64,000 bases of DNA. Source: Diadema antillarum. Its lineage: Eukaryota. The DNA lies in contig NW_027271384.1 of the NCBI RefSeq assembly GCF_040938485.1, positions 3,658,001 to 3,722,000 on the forward strand, in the 5' to 3' direction. Each line of letters opens with the position of its first letter. Positions within the stretch are counted from its first letter, which is position 1. The notes below the pieces were generated by a model. It had not been told where the DNA came from, ran no database searches, and worked only from the letters and a program-made list of their open reading frames with translations. A program made the translations under genes and the position numbers. Below, one piece after another: positions 15,601-30,600 of this stretch.

Positions 15601-18600
15601 CAAGGGGACCTGAAAGCAAGAAACAGCTGCAAATATAAGCTCTTGGATACTACACAAACAACAAACAAAGATAAACACACACAAAAAAGAAAACAGACTG
15701 AGAAATCCCACTGGACTTTTCTGATCGAGGCGATCAGAAATCATCAGACAAATCCTCAGATAGGATGTCCCATACTCTAGATGCTTACCACGCTCATTTT
15801 CTAACTTGTACTCTTTCAACGCTTCAATAGATTGCTTTAACTTTTTATATATCATATCGACTCCTTAACTCCCACACTATACGAGTACTGTACTGCGCCG
15901 CAGTAAAATTCAATCATCTCCATCTGCTCACCGTCTGGATTGATGAAGATGTAGCAGATGTCCTCCACTCGTTGCCGCACGTCGGGGTCATCACAGCCAT
16001 CAACCGGCGGGAGAACAGTGGTATCGCACTCCTCTTCATTCAGAACCCAGTCATTACCAAAGACATTCTGGAACCGTGTCTGCAAACAGAACCACATTCG
16101 TTAACACAATAAATGTAGTCCCTTTTCATCATTTTCTTGGTACTAAGTTTTGGGTACGGATGGACGATCAGGTCACTGATACATCCATAACACTGATTAC
16201 GTCAAAGTCCAGTCACATGCGGAACATGTCTCTTTCCTACAATCGGATACCCTGATAGACAGGGTATTGAGAAAGGGAGTAAAAAGAGAGCAGAGTTCTA
16301 CTTACGACACTTCCATCCTGGAGGCGGAAATCGTTGGATCTGTCGTCATCGAAGGTTCCGCACAGACCACAAGTAGCATTCCAGTACTGGTATGGCACCT
16401 CTATGGTTGCAGTGTTGGCTCCGTCGAAACGTACAGACAGACCAAAGGATGTTTGGATGGTCTGTAATAACGATCAGATATCAGGTCCTCTTTACCCTTC
16501 CCTTCATATCATGCCTCTATGCTCAATTCTAAAACAATTACGTATCAAGCGAAAATCTTACATCTTGGCATCATACCTGCAACAAATTTCACTTGATATT
16601 TCATTCTTGTGTCTCCTTCAAATATCTGACAATGAAATTACTTGGACACTAACATAGATGTTAATACTAGTTACTCTTTTTTTTATTGTATAAATACTAG
16701 TGTGCACCTAATCGATCCATCCTCGTAACAGGATACACTTCGGACATTTTAAATGCCCATACCTCAAAATCTACACCAATTGATGTGTTGACCCACAATC
16801 TGGGAGGCTTTCAAGACTAACGAGTAAAGTAGCTTTCATTCCCTTACCGCGTAAGACTGGTCCGAGCGAATAGTGACGCCGTTGATGAAGCTCAAGGGTG
16901 TCGTCCTCCTTGCACCGTTGACTAGAACCACTCTATTCCGCTCGATCGAATAGCTAGTGCCATTCACCTCCAGTACCACCTTGCGCAGGTACGACACTCG
17001 GTCCGATGGGTTGTTCTTGACGTTGTCTCCCCACAAGTGGAAATCCACAAGGTCCGTGCGATCGCTGCACGGCCTCACCAGCGTGTACTCACAGTCGCCC
17101 TGGAAGTCATGACGACCACCGTCGAACATAGTGTAGTGCGGATCTCCCCACACGGTGCAGATTCCAGGCGCTGTTCAGAAAAGCAGTTGGAAGGTAATTA
17201 AAGCACTCTGAATAGTGGCAGCCAGAAGTCCTCACTTCTTCTCGCAACAAAATATACAATTAGCCGCCTACACTACAGATGTATGCCATCTGCCACAAGT
17301 AAGCTTAAGGGTTTTTTTCACCTCTCGCATTTATTGCAGACTTCCTTCTATTTTGGTTTCCTCTTTCAAAACAGTACGGTGTTCATCACATACAAATTAA
17401 CATGCTCTTTTACCATGCATGACTTGACTGGATCTGTACTCTAACAGCATAAAAAGAGAACACAAGTACATTTCTACAAAAGAGAGATCACTGGCACTCA
17501 CAAATGGAGTCCATACACACCTACCAAACACTATCAAAATCTCTTGCAATATTGTGCTTCTTCTAAATATGAGGTACGTTTCCCGTCTACCTTCAGTTTT
17601 TCTTCTCGGACAAGATGAGCGGTCGACCAAAGGCTTGAAATACACCGCTCAGTAAGGCTCATCGCCGCCCCGCGTTCTCTATCTACTACTCAAATGACTT
17701 ACCTCTGGTGCACTCTCCATTGCTGTAGGTGAAGCCGTCACGACAGTAGCAGTCTCTCACACCACCCTTGATCCTACACTCCTGGTTCTCTACGCACGCG
17801 TATGCCACACATTCCAAAGTGCCTCCAGAACAGCTGCACATTTCGGAGCAGTCATCGTTCACGTACACATCTCCTGCCTGTTTGTGCCAAAAACCAATCA
17901 TTTAGATTTGCTTCAGACCATGGTCTTCGTTTCAAGCCATTTGCATCTCCATTTGCTTTCAATCCACACGACAATAATCACAGTCTTCAACGTTTTATCA
18001 AACTTAAGCTCAAACTTTACCATCAAAGGAGGAAAGCCACACTCACCGAGATGTAGCTTCCGTCTGGAAGAGTGCAACCACAATCCTCCGGCTGCACGCA
18101 TGTTCCACCGTCGTCCAGCAGTCCTTCAGGGCAGCTGCAGATTTCACGGCAGGGAAGTCCGCAGTTCAGGTCGGCATCTGGATCGGCACAGCTGGGCTGG
18201 CAGGCGCTACCGCAAGATTCGTACACTGTTCCAGTCGGACACTCAAACCCTGAATAAAGACAGTTTTTAGGCAAGGATATACCTTGAACAGCATTTACAA
18301 CATACAAGAACATACAACAAATGAAATACCCATTCATCACCACGAAAGCTGTACATTACTTACACCGGATACGATCGGCATCACCCAAAACACAAAGCGC
18401 TCACACGAGGCCCATCAAGTCAGTACTGTCGTGGACATCCACAGCTGTACAGATTTACATTTTTCACACAAAATGCACTACCGTCATTCAGCATCCGCAC
18501 TCTTCTTTCATGACTCCACAATATTTCACTTATTTCTTCCAAACTCACCGGTCGACTTTCGATGTCTTTCAAAGCCTGCTCACGGCACAGATGGTCATGT

Positions 18601-21600
18601 CAGACACTCTTGACACGCACTTTGTGATATCTGATCACATGGCTTCATATTTTGCACGTCTAGATTCTGATGATCAGCCAAAACAGCTTTCCACTATACA
18701 ACAAAAGTGTCATGACACAAAAATACTTACCGCACTGGAATACAGATGCCCTCCAGTCCCCAACCAAGATTCCATTTGTTTCTCCTCGACACTTCTGAAC
18801 GTATTCCTGCAGGGCTCCGCATATGACGTCGTTGTCAGGGTCAGTGAAACACAGGTCGAAGACGCAGGCATCATAGTAATCACTCACGTCCACAAAGTCT
18901 GCGCAGCCTCCAAGGGGACCTGAAAGCAAGAAACAGCTGCAAATATAAGCTCTTGGATACTACACAAACAACAAACAAAGATAAACACACACAAAAAAGA
19001 AAACAGACTGAGAAATCCCACTGGACTTTTCTGATCGAGGCGATCAGAAATCATCAGACAAATCCTCAGATAGGATGTCCCATACTCTAGATGCTTACCA
19101 CGCTCATTTTCTAACTTGTACTCTTTCAACGCTTCAATAGATTGCTTTAACTTTTTATATATCATATCGACTCCTTAACTCCCACACTATACGAGTACTG
19201 TACTGCGCCGCAGTAAAATTCAATCATCTCCATCTGCTCACCGTCTGGATTGATGAAGATGTAGCAGATGTCCTCCACTCGTTGCCGCACGTCGGGGTCA
19301 TCACAGCCATCAACCGGCGGGAGAACAGTGGTATCGCACTCCTCTTCATTCAGAACCCAGTCATTACCAAAGACATTCTGGAACCGTGTCTGCAAACAGA
19401 ACCACATTCGTTAACACAATAAATGTAGTCCCTTTTCATCATTTTCTTGGTACTAAGTTTTGGGTACGGATGGACGATCAGGTCACTGATACATCCATAA
19501 CACTGATTACGTCAAAGTCCAGTCACATGCGGAACATGTCTCTTTCCTACAATCGGATACCCTGATAGACAGGGTATTGAGAAAGGGAGTAAAAAGAGAG
19601 CAGAGTTCTACTTACGACACTTCCATCCTGGAGGCGGAAATCGTTGGATCTGTCGTCATCGAAGGTTCCGCACAGACCACAAGTAGCATTCCAGTACTGG
19701 TATGGCACCTCTATGGTTGCAGTGTTGGCTCCGTCGAAACGTACAGACAGACCAAAGGATGTTTGGATGGTCTGTAATAACGATCAGATATCAGGTCCTC
19801 TTTACCCTTCCCTTCATATCATGCCTCTATGCTCAATTCTAAAACAATTACGTATCAAGCGAAAATCTTACATCTTGGCATCATACCTGCAACAAATTTC
19901 ACTTGATATTTCATTCTTGTGTCTCCTTCAAATATCTGACAATGAAATTACTTGGACACTAACATAGATGTTAATACTAGTTACTCTTTTTTTTATTGTA
20001 TAAATACTAGTGTGCACCTAATCGATCCATCCTCGTAACAGGATACACTTCGGACATTTTAAATGCCCATACCTCAAAATCTACACCAATTGATGTGTTG
20101 ACCCACAATCTGGGAGGCTTTCAAGACTAACGAGTAAAGTAGCTTTCATTCCCTTACCGCGTAAGACTGGTCCGAGCGAATAGTGACGCCGTTGATGAAG
20201 CTCAAGGGTGTCGTCCTCCTTGCACCGTTGACTAGAACCACTCTATTCCGCTCGATCGAATAGCTAGTGCCATTCACCTCCAGTACCACCTTGCGCAGGT
20301 ACGACACTCGGTCCGATGGGTTGTTCTTGACGTTGTCTCCCCACAAGTGGAAATCCACAAGGTCCGTGCGATCGCTGCACGGCCTCACCAGCGTGTACTC
20401 ACAGTCGCCCTGGAAATCATGACGACCACCGTCGAACATAGTGTAGTGCGGATCTCCCCACACGGTGCAGATTCCAGGCGCTGTTCAGAAAAGCAGTTGG
20501 AAGGTAATTAAAGCACTCTGAATAGTGGCAGCCAGAAGTCCTCACTTCTTCTCGCAACAAAATATACAATTAGCCGCCTACACTACAGATGTATGCCATC
20601 TGCCACAAGTAAGCTTAAGGGTTTTTTTCACCTCTCGCATTTATTGCAGACTTCCTTCTATTTTGGTTTCCTCTTTCAAAACAGTACGGTGTTCATCACA
20701 TACAAATTAACATGCTCTTTTACCATGCATGACTTGACTGGATCTGTACTCTAACAGCATAAAAAGAGAACACAAGTACATTTCTACAAAAGAGAGATCA
20801 CTGGCACTCACAAATGGAGTCCATACACACCTACCAAACACTATCAAAATCTCTTGCAATATTGTGCTTCTTCTAAATATGAGGTACGTTTCCCGTCTAC
20901 CTTCAGTTTTTCTTCTCGGACAAGATGAGCGGTCGACCAAAGGCTTGAAATACACCGCTCAGTAAGGCTCATCGCCGCCCCGCGTTCTCTATCTACTACT
21001 CAAATGACTTACCTCTGGTGCACTCTCCATTGCTGTAGGTGAAGCCGTCACGACAGTAGCAGTCTCTCACACCACCCTTGATCCTACACTCCTGGTTCTC
21101 TACGCACGCGTATGCCACACATTCCAAAGTGCCTCCAGAACAGCTGCACATTTCGGAGCAGTCATCGTTCACGTACACATCTCCTGCCTGTTTGTGCCAA
21201 AAACCAATCATTTAGATTTGCTTCAGACCATGGTCTTCGTTTCAAGCCATTTGCATCTCCATTTGCTTTCAATCCACACGACAATAATCACAGTCTTCAA
21301 CGTTTTATCAAACTTAAGCTCAAACTTTACCATCAAAGGAGGAAAGCCACACTCACCGAGATGTAGCTTCCGTCTGGAAGAGTGCAACCACAATCCTCCG
21401 GCTGCACGCATGTTCCACCGTCGTCCAGCAGTCCTTCAGGGCAGCTGCAGATTTCACGGCAGGGAAGTCCGCAGTTCAGGTCGGCATCTGGATCGGCACA
21501 GCTGGGCTGGCAGGCGCTACCGCAAGATTCGTACACTGTTCCAGTCGGACACTCAAACCCTGAATAAAGACAGTTTTTAGGCAAGGATATACCTTGAACA

Positions 21601-24600
21601 GCATTTACAACGTACAAGAACATACAACAAATGAAATACCCATTCATCACCACGAAAGCTGTACATTACTTACACCGGATACGATCGGCATCACCCAAAA
21701 CACAAAGCGCTCACACGAGGCCCATCAAGTCAGTACTGTCGTGGACATCCACAGCTGTACAGATTTACATTTTTCACACAAAATGCACTACCGTCATTCA
21801 GCATCCGCACTCTTCTTTCATGACTCCACAATATTTCACTTATTTCTTCCAAACTCACCGGTCGACTTTCGATGTCTTTCAAAGCCTGCTCACGGCACAG
21901 ATGGTCATGTCAGACACTCTTGACACGCACTTTGTGATATCTGATCACATGGCTTCATATTTTGCACGTCTAGATTCTGATGATCAGCCAAAACAGCTTT
22001 CCACTATACAACAAAAGTGTCATGACACAAAAATACTTACCGCACTGGAATACAGATGCCCTCCAGTCCCCAACCAAGATTCCATTTGTTTCTCCTCGAC
22101 ACTTCTGAACGTATTCCTGCAGGGCTCCGCATATGACGTCGTTGTCAGGGTCAGTGAAACACAGGTCGAAGACGCAGGCATCATAGTAATCACTCACGTC
22201 CACAAAGTCTGCGCAGCCTCCAAGGGGACCTGAAAGCAAGAAACAGCTGCAAATATAAGCTCTTGGATACTACACAAACAACAAACAAAGATAAACACAC
22301 ACAAAAAAGAAAACAGACTGAGAAATCCCACTGGACTTTTCTGATCGAGGCGATCAGAAATCATCAGACAAATCCTCAGATAGGATGTCCCATACTCTAG
22401 ATGCTTACCACGCTCATTTTCTAACTTGTACTCTTTCAACGCTTCAATAGATTGCTTTAACTTTTTATATATCATATCGACTCCTTAACTCCCACACTAT
22501 ACGAGTACTGTACTGCGCCGCAGTAAAATTCAATCATCTCCATCTGCTCACCGTCTGGATTGATGAAGATGTAGCAGATGTCCTCCACTCGTTGCCGCAC
22601 GTCGGGGTCATCACAGCCATCAACCGGCGGGAGAACAGTGGTATCGCACTCCTCTTCATTCAGAACCCAGTCATTACCAAAGACATTCTGGAACCGTGTC
22701 TGCAAACAGAACCACATTCGTTAACACAATAAATGTAGTCCCTTTTCATCATTTTCTTGGTACTAAGTTTTGGGTACGGATGGACGATCAGGTCACTGAT
22801 ACATCCATAACACTGATTACGTCAAAGTCCAGTCACATGCGGAACATGTCTCTTTCCTACAATCGGATACCCTGATAGACAGGGTATTGAGAAAGGGAGT
22901 AAAAAGAGAGCAGAGTTCTACTTACGACACTTCCATCCTGGAGGCGGAAATCGTTGGATCTGTCGTCATCGAAGGTTCCGCACAGACCACAAGTAGCATT
23001 CCAGTACTGGTATGGCACCTCTATGGTTGCAGTGTTGGCTCCGTCGAAACGTACAGACAGACCAAAGGATGTTTGGATGGTCTGTAATAACGATCAGATA
23101 TCAGGTCCTCTTTACCCTTCCCTTCATATCATGCCTCTATGCTCAATTCTAAAACAATTACGTATCAAGCGAAAATCTTACATCTTGGCATCATACCTGC
23201 AACAAATTTCACTTGATATTTCATTCTTGTGTCTCCTTCAAATATCTGACAATGAAATTACTTGGACACTAACATAGATGTTAATACTAGTTACTCTTTT
23301 TTTTATTGTATAAATACTAGTGTGCACCTAATCGATCCATCCTCGTAACAGGATACACTTCGGACATTTTAAATGCCCATACCTCAAAATCTACACCAAT
23401 TGATGTGTTGACCCACAATCTGGGAGGCTTTCAAGACTAACGAGTAAAGTAGCTTTCATTCCCTTACCGCGTAAGACTGGTCCGAGCGAATAGTGACGCC
23501 GTTGATGAAGCTCAAGGGTGTCGTCCTCCTTGCACCGTTGACTAGAACCACTCTATTCCGCTCGATCGAATAGCTAGTGCCATTCACCTCCAGTACCACC
23601 TTGCGCAGGTACGACACTCGGTCCGATGGGTTGTTCTTGACGTTGTCTCCCCACAAGTGGAAATCCACAAGGTCCGTGCGATCGCTGCACGGCCTCACCA
23701 GCGTGTACTCACAGTCGCCCTGGAAGTCATGACGACCACCGTCGAACATAGTGTAGTGCGGATCTCCCCACACGGTGCAGATTCCAGGCGCTGTTCAGAA
23801 AAGCAGTTGGAAGGTAATTAAAGCACTCTGAATAGTGGCAGCCAGAAGTCCTCACTTCTTCTCGCAACAAAATATACAATTAGCCGCCTACACTACAGAT
23901 GTATGCCATCTGCCACAAGTAAGCTTAAGGGTTTTTTTCACCTCTCGCATTTATTGCAGACTTCCTTCTATTTTGGTTTCCTCTTTCAAAACAGTACGGT
24001 GTTCATCACATACAAATTAACATGCTCTTTTACCATGCATGACTTGACTGGATCTGTACTCTAACAGCATAAAAAGAGAACACAAGTACATTTCTACAAA
24101 AGAGAGATCACTGGCACTCACAAATGGAGTCCATACACACCTACCAAACACTATCAAAATCTCTTGCAATATTGTGCTTCTTCTAAATATGAGGTACGTT
24201 TCCCGTCTACCTTCAGTTTTTCTTCTCGGACAAGATGAGCGGTCGACCAAAGGCTTGAAATACACCGCTCAGTAAGGCTCATCGCCGCCCCGCGTTCTCT
24301 ATCTACTACTCAAATGACTTACCTCTGGTGCACTCTCCATTGCTGTAGGTGAAGCCGTCACGACAGTAGCAGTCTCTCACACCACCCTTGATCCTACACT
24401 CCTGGTTCTCCACGCACGCGTATGCCACACATTCCAAAGTGCCTCCAGAACAGCTGCACATCTCGGAGCAGTCATCGTTCACGTACACATCTCCTGCCTG
24501 TTTGTGCCAAAAACCAATCATTTAGATTTGCTTTAGACCATGGTCTTCGTTTCAAGCCATTTGCATCTCCATTTGCTTTCAATCCACACGACAATAATCA

Positions 24601-27600
24601 CAGTCTTCAACGTTTTATCAAACTTAAGCTCAAACTTTACCATCAAAGGAGGAAAGCCACACTCACCGAGATGTAGCTTCCGTCTGGAAGAGTGCAACCA
24701 CAATCCTCCGGCTGCACGCATGTTCCACCGTCGTCCAGCAGTCCTTCAGGGCAGCTGCAGATTTCACGGCAGGGAAGTCCGCAGTTCAGGTCGGCATCTG
24801 GATCGGCACAGCTGGGCTGGCAGGCGCTACCGCAAGATTCGTACACTGTTCCAGTCGGACACTCAAACCCTGAATAAAGACAGTTTTTAGGCAAGGATAT
24901 ACCTTGAACAGCATTTACAACATACAAGAACATACAACAAATGAAATACCCATTCATCACCACGAAAGGTGTACATTACTTACACCAGATACGATCGGCA
25001 TCACCCAAAACACAAAGCGCTCACACGAGGCACATCAAGTCAGTACTGTCGTGGACATCCACAGCTGTACAGATTTACATTTTTCACACAAAATGCACTA
25101 CCGTCATTCAGCATCCGCACTCTTCTTTCATGACTCCACAATATTTCACTTATTTCTTCCAAACTCACCGGTCGACTTTCGATGTCTTTCAAAGCCTGCT
25201 CACGGCACAGATGGTCATGTCAGACACTCTTGACACGCACTTTGTGATATCTGATCACATGGCCTCATATTTTGCACGTCTAGATTCTGATGATCAGCCA
25301 AAACAGCTTTCCACTATACAACAAAAGTGTCATGACACAAAAATACTTACCGCACTGGAATACAGATGCCCTCCAGTCCCCAACCAAGATTCCATTTGTT
25401 TCTCCTCGACACTTCTGAACGTATTCCTGCAGGGCTCCGCATATGACGTCGTTGTCAGGGTCAGTGAAACACAGGTCGAAGACGCAGGCATCATAGTAAT
25501 CACTCACGTCCACAAAGTCGGAGCAGCCTCCAAGGGGACCTGAAAGCAAGAAACAGCTGCAAATATAAGCTCTTGGATACTACACAAACAACAAACAAAG
25601 ATAAACACACACAAAAAAGAAAACAGACTGAGAAATCCCACTGGACTTTTCTGATCGAGGCGATCAGAAATCATCAGACAAATCCTCAGATAGGATGTCC
25701 CATACTCTAGATGCTTACCACGCTCATTTTCTAACTTGTACTCTTTCAACGCTTCAATAGATTGCTTTAACTTTTTATATATCATATCGACTCCTTAACT
25801 CCCACACTATACGAGTACTGTACTGCGCCGCAGTAAAATTCAATCATCTCCATCTGCTCACCGTCTGGATTGATGAAGATGTAGCAGATGTCCTCCACTC
25901 GTTGCCGCACGTCGGGGTCATCACAGCCATCAACCGGCGGGAGAACAGTGGTATCGCACTCCTCTTCATTCAGAACCCAGTCATTACCAAAGACATTCTG
26001 GAACCGTGTCTGCAAACAGAACCACATTCGTTAACACAATAAATGTAGTCCCTTTTCATCATTTTCTTGGTACTAAGTTTTGGGTACGGATGGACGATCA
26101 GGTCACTGATACATCCATAACACTGATTACGTCAAAGTCCAGTCACATGCGGAACATGTCTCTTTCCTACAATCGGATACCCTGATAGACAGGGTATTGA
26201 GAAAGGGAGTAAAAAGAGAGCAGAGTTCTACTTACGACACTTCCATCCTGGAGGCGGAAATCGTTGGATCTGTCGTCATCGAAGGTTCCGCACAGACCAC
26301 AAGTAGCATTCCAGTACTGGTATGGCACCTCTATGGTTGCAGTGTTGGCTCCGTCGAAACGTACAGACAGACCAAAGGATGTTTGGATGGTCTGTAATAA
26401 CGATCAGATATCAGGTCCTCTTTACCCTTCCCTTCATATCATGCCTCTATGCTCAATTCTAAAACAATTACGTATCAAGCGAAAATCTTACATCTTGGCA
26501 TCATACCTGCAACAAATTTCACTTGATATTTCATTCTTGTGTCTCCTTCAAATATCTGACAATGAAATTACTTGGACACTAACATAGATGTTAATACTAG
26601 TTACTCTTTTTTTTATTGTATAAATACTAGTGTGCACCTAATCGATCCATCCTCGTAACAGGATACACTTCGGACATTTTAAATGCCCATACCTCAAAAT
26701 CTACACCAATTGATGTGTTGACCCACAATCTGGGAGGCTTTCAAGACTAACGAGTAAAGTAGCTTTCATTCCCTTACCGCGTAAGACTGGTCCGAGCGAA
26801 TAGTGACGCCGTTGATGAAGCTCAAGGGTGTCGTCCTCCTTGCACCGTTGACTAGAACCACTCTATTCCGCTCGATCGAATAGCTAGTGCCATTCACCTC
26901 CAGTACCACCTTGCGCAGGTACGACACTCGGTCCGATGGGTTGTTCTTGACGTTGTCTCCCCACAAGTGGAAATCCACAAGGTCCGTGCGATCGCTGCAC
27001 GGCCTCACCAGCGTGTACTCACAGTCGCCCTGGAAGTCATGACGACCACCGTCGAACATAGTGTAGTGCGGATCTCCCCACACGGTGCAGATTCCAGGCG
27101 CTGTTCAGAAAAGCAGTTGGAAGGTAATTAAAGCACTCTGAATAGTGGCAGCCAGAAGTCCTCACTTCTTCTCGCAACAAAATATACAATTAGCCGCCTA
27201 CACTACAGATGTATGCCATCTGCCACAAGTAAGCTTAAGGGTTTTTTTCACCTCTCGCATTTATTGCAGACTTCCTTCTATTTTGGTTTCCTCTTTCAAA
27301 ACAGTACGGTGTTCATCACATACAAATTAACATGCTCTTTTACCATGCATGACTTGACTGGATCTGTACTCTAACAGCATAAAAAGAGAACACAAGTACA
27401 TTTCTACAAAAGAGAGATCACTGGCACTCACAAATGGAGTCCATACACACCTACCAAACACTATCAAAATCTCTTGCAATATTGTGCTTCTTCTAAATAT
27501 GAGGTACGTTTCCCGTCTACCTTCAGTTTTTCTTCTCGGACAAGATGAGCGGTCGACCAAAGGCTTGAAATACACCGCTCAGTAAGGCTCATCGCCGCCC

Positions 27601-30600
27601 CGCGTTCTCTATCTACTACTCAAATGACTTACCTCTGGTGCACTCTCCATTGCTGTAGGTGAAGCCGTCACGACAGTAGCAGTCTCTCACACCACCCTTG
27701 ATCCTACACTCCTGGTTCTCCACGCACGCGTATGCCACACATTCCAAAGTGCCTCCAGAACAGCTGCACATCTCGGAGCAGTCATCGTTCACGTACACAT
27801 CTCCTGCCTGTTTGTGCCAAAAACCAATCATTTAGATTTGCTTTAGACCATGGTCTTCGTTTCAAGCCATTTGCATCTCCATTTGCTTTCAATCCACACG
27901 ACAATAATCATAGTCTTCAACGTTTTATCAAACTTAAGCTCAAACTTTACCATCAAAGGAGGAAAGCCACACTCACCGAGATGTAGCTTCCGTCTGGAAG
28001 AGTGCAACCACAATCCTCCGGCTGCACGCATGTTCCACCGTCGTCCAGCAGTCCTTCAGGGCAGCTGCAGATTTCACGGCAGGGAAGTCCGCAGTTCAGG
28101 TCGGCATCTGGATCGGCACAGCTGGGCTGGCAGGCGCTACCGCAAGATTCGTACACTGTTCCAGTCGGACACTCAAACCCTGAATAAAGACAGTTTTTAG
28201 GCAAGGATATACCTTGAACAGCATTTACAACATACAAGAACATACAACAAATGAAATACCCATTCATCACCACGAAAGGTGTACATTACTTACACCAGAT
28301 ACGATCGGCATCACCCAAAACACAAAGCGCTCACACGAGGCACATCAAGTCAGTACTGTCGTGGACATCCACAGCTGTACAGATTTACATTTTTCACACA
28401 AAATGCACTACCGTCATTCAGCATCCGCACTCTTCTTTCATGACTCCACAATATTTCACTTATTTCTTCCAAACTCACCGGTCGACTTTCGATGTCTTTC
28501 AAAGCCTGCTCACGGCACAGATGGTCATGTCAGACACTCTTGACACGCACTTTGTGATATCTGATCACATGGCCTCATATTTTGCACGTCTAGATTCTGA
28601 TGATCAGCCAAAACAGCTTTCCACTATACAACAAAAGTGTCATGACACAAAAATACTTACCGCACTGGAATACAGATGCCCTCCAGTCCCCAACCAAGAT
28701 TCCATTTGTTTCTCCTCGACACTTCTGAACGTATTCCTGCAGGGCTCCGCATATGACGTCGTTGTCAGGGTCAGTGAAACACAGGTCGAAGACGCAGGCA
28801 TCATAGTAATCACTCACGTCCACAAAGTCGGAGCAGCCTCCAAGGGGACCTGAAAGCAAGAAACAGCTGCAAATATAAGCTCTTGGATACTACACAAACA
28901 ACAAACAAAGATAAACACACACAAAAAAGAAAACAGACTGAGAAATCCCACTGGACTTTTCTGATCGAGGCGATCAGAAATCATCAGACAAATCCTCAGA
29001 TAGGATGTCCCATACTCTAGATGCTTACCACGCTCATTTTCTAACTTGTACTCTTTCAACGCTTCAATAGATTGCTTTAACTTTTTATATATCATATCGA
29101 CTCCTTAACTCCCACACTATACGAGTACTGTACTGCGCCGCAGTAAAATTCAATCATCTCCATCTGCTCACCGTCTGGATTGATGAAGATGTAGCAGATG
29201 TCCTCCACTCGTTGCCGCACGTCGGGGTCATCACAGCCATCAACCGGCGGGAGAACAGTGGTATCGCACTCCTCTTCATTCAGAACCCAGTCATTACCAA
29301 AGACATTCTGGAACCGTGTCTGCAAACAGAACCACATTCGTTAACACAATAAATGTAGTCCCTTTTCATCATTTTCTTGGTACTAAGTTTTGGGTACGGA
29401 TGGACGATCAGGTCACTGATACATCCATAACACTGATTACGTCAAAGTCCAGTCACATGCGGAACATGTCTCTTTCCTACAATCGGATACCCTGATAGAC
29501 AGGGTATTGAGAAAGGGAGTAAAAAGAGAGCAGAGTTCTACTTACGACACTTCCATCCTGGAGGCGGAAATCGTTGGATCTGTCGTCATCGAAGGTTCCG
29601 CACAGACCACAAGTAGCATTCCAGTACTGGTATGGCACCTCTATGGTTGCAGTGTTGGCTCCGTCGAAACGTACAGACAGACCAAAGGATGTTTGGATGG
29701 TCTGTAATAACGATCAGATATCAGGTCCTCTTTACCCTTCCCTTCATATCATGCCTCTATGCTCAATTCTAAAACAATTACGTATCAAGCGAAAATCTTA
29801 CATCTTGGCATCATACCTGCAACAAATTTCACTTGATATTTCATTCTTGTGTCTCCTTCAAATATCTGACAATGAAATTACTTGGACACTAACATAGATG
29901 TTAATACTACTTACTCTTTTTTTTATTGTATAAATACTAGTGTGCACCTAATCGATCCATCCTCGTAACAGGATACACTTCGGACATTTTAAATGCCCAT
30001 ACCTCAAAATCTACACCAATTGATGTGTTGACCCACAATCTGGGAGGCTTTCAAGACTAACGAGTAAAGTAGCTTTCATTCCCTTACCGCGTAAGACTGG
30101 TCCGAGCGAATAGTGACGCCGTTGATGAAGCTCAAGGGTGTCGTCCTCCTTGCACCGTTGACTAGAACCACTCTATTCCGCTCGATCGAATAGCTAGTGC
30201 CATTCACCTCCAGTACCACCTTGCGCAGGTACGACACTCGGTCCGATGGGTTGTTCTTGACGTTGTCTCCCCACAAGTGGAAATCCACAAGGTCCGTGCG
30301 ATCGCTGCACGGCCTCACCAGCGTGTACTCACAGTCGCCCTGGAAGTCATGACGACCACCGTCGAACATAGTGTAGTGCGGATCTCCCCACACGGTGCAG
30401 ATTCCAGGCGCTGTTCAGAAAAGCAGTTGGAAGGTAATTAAAGCACTCTGAATAGTGGCAGCCAGAAGTCCTCACTTCTTCTCGCAACAAAATATACAAT
30501 TAGCCGCCTACACTACAGATGTATGCCATCTGCCACAAGTAAGCTTAAGGGTTTTTTTCACCTCTCGCATTTATTGCAGACTTCCTTCTATTTTGGTTTC

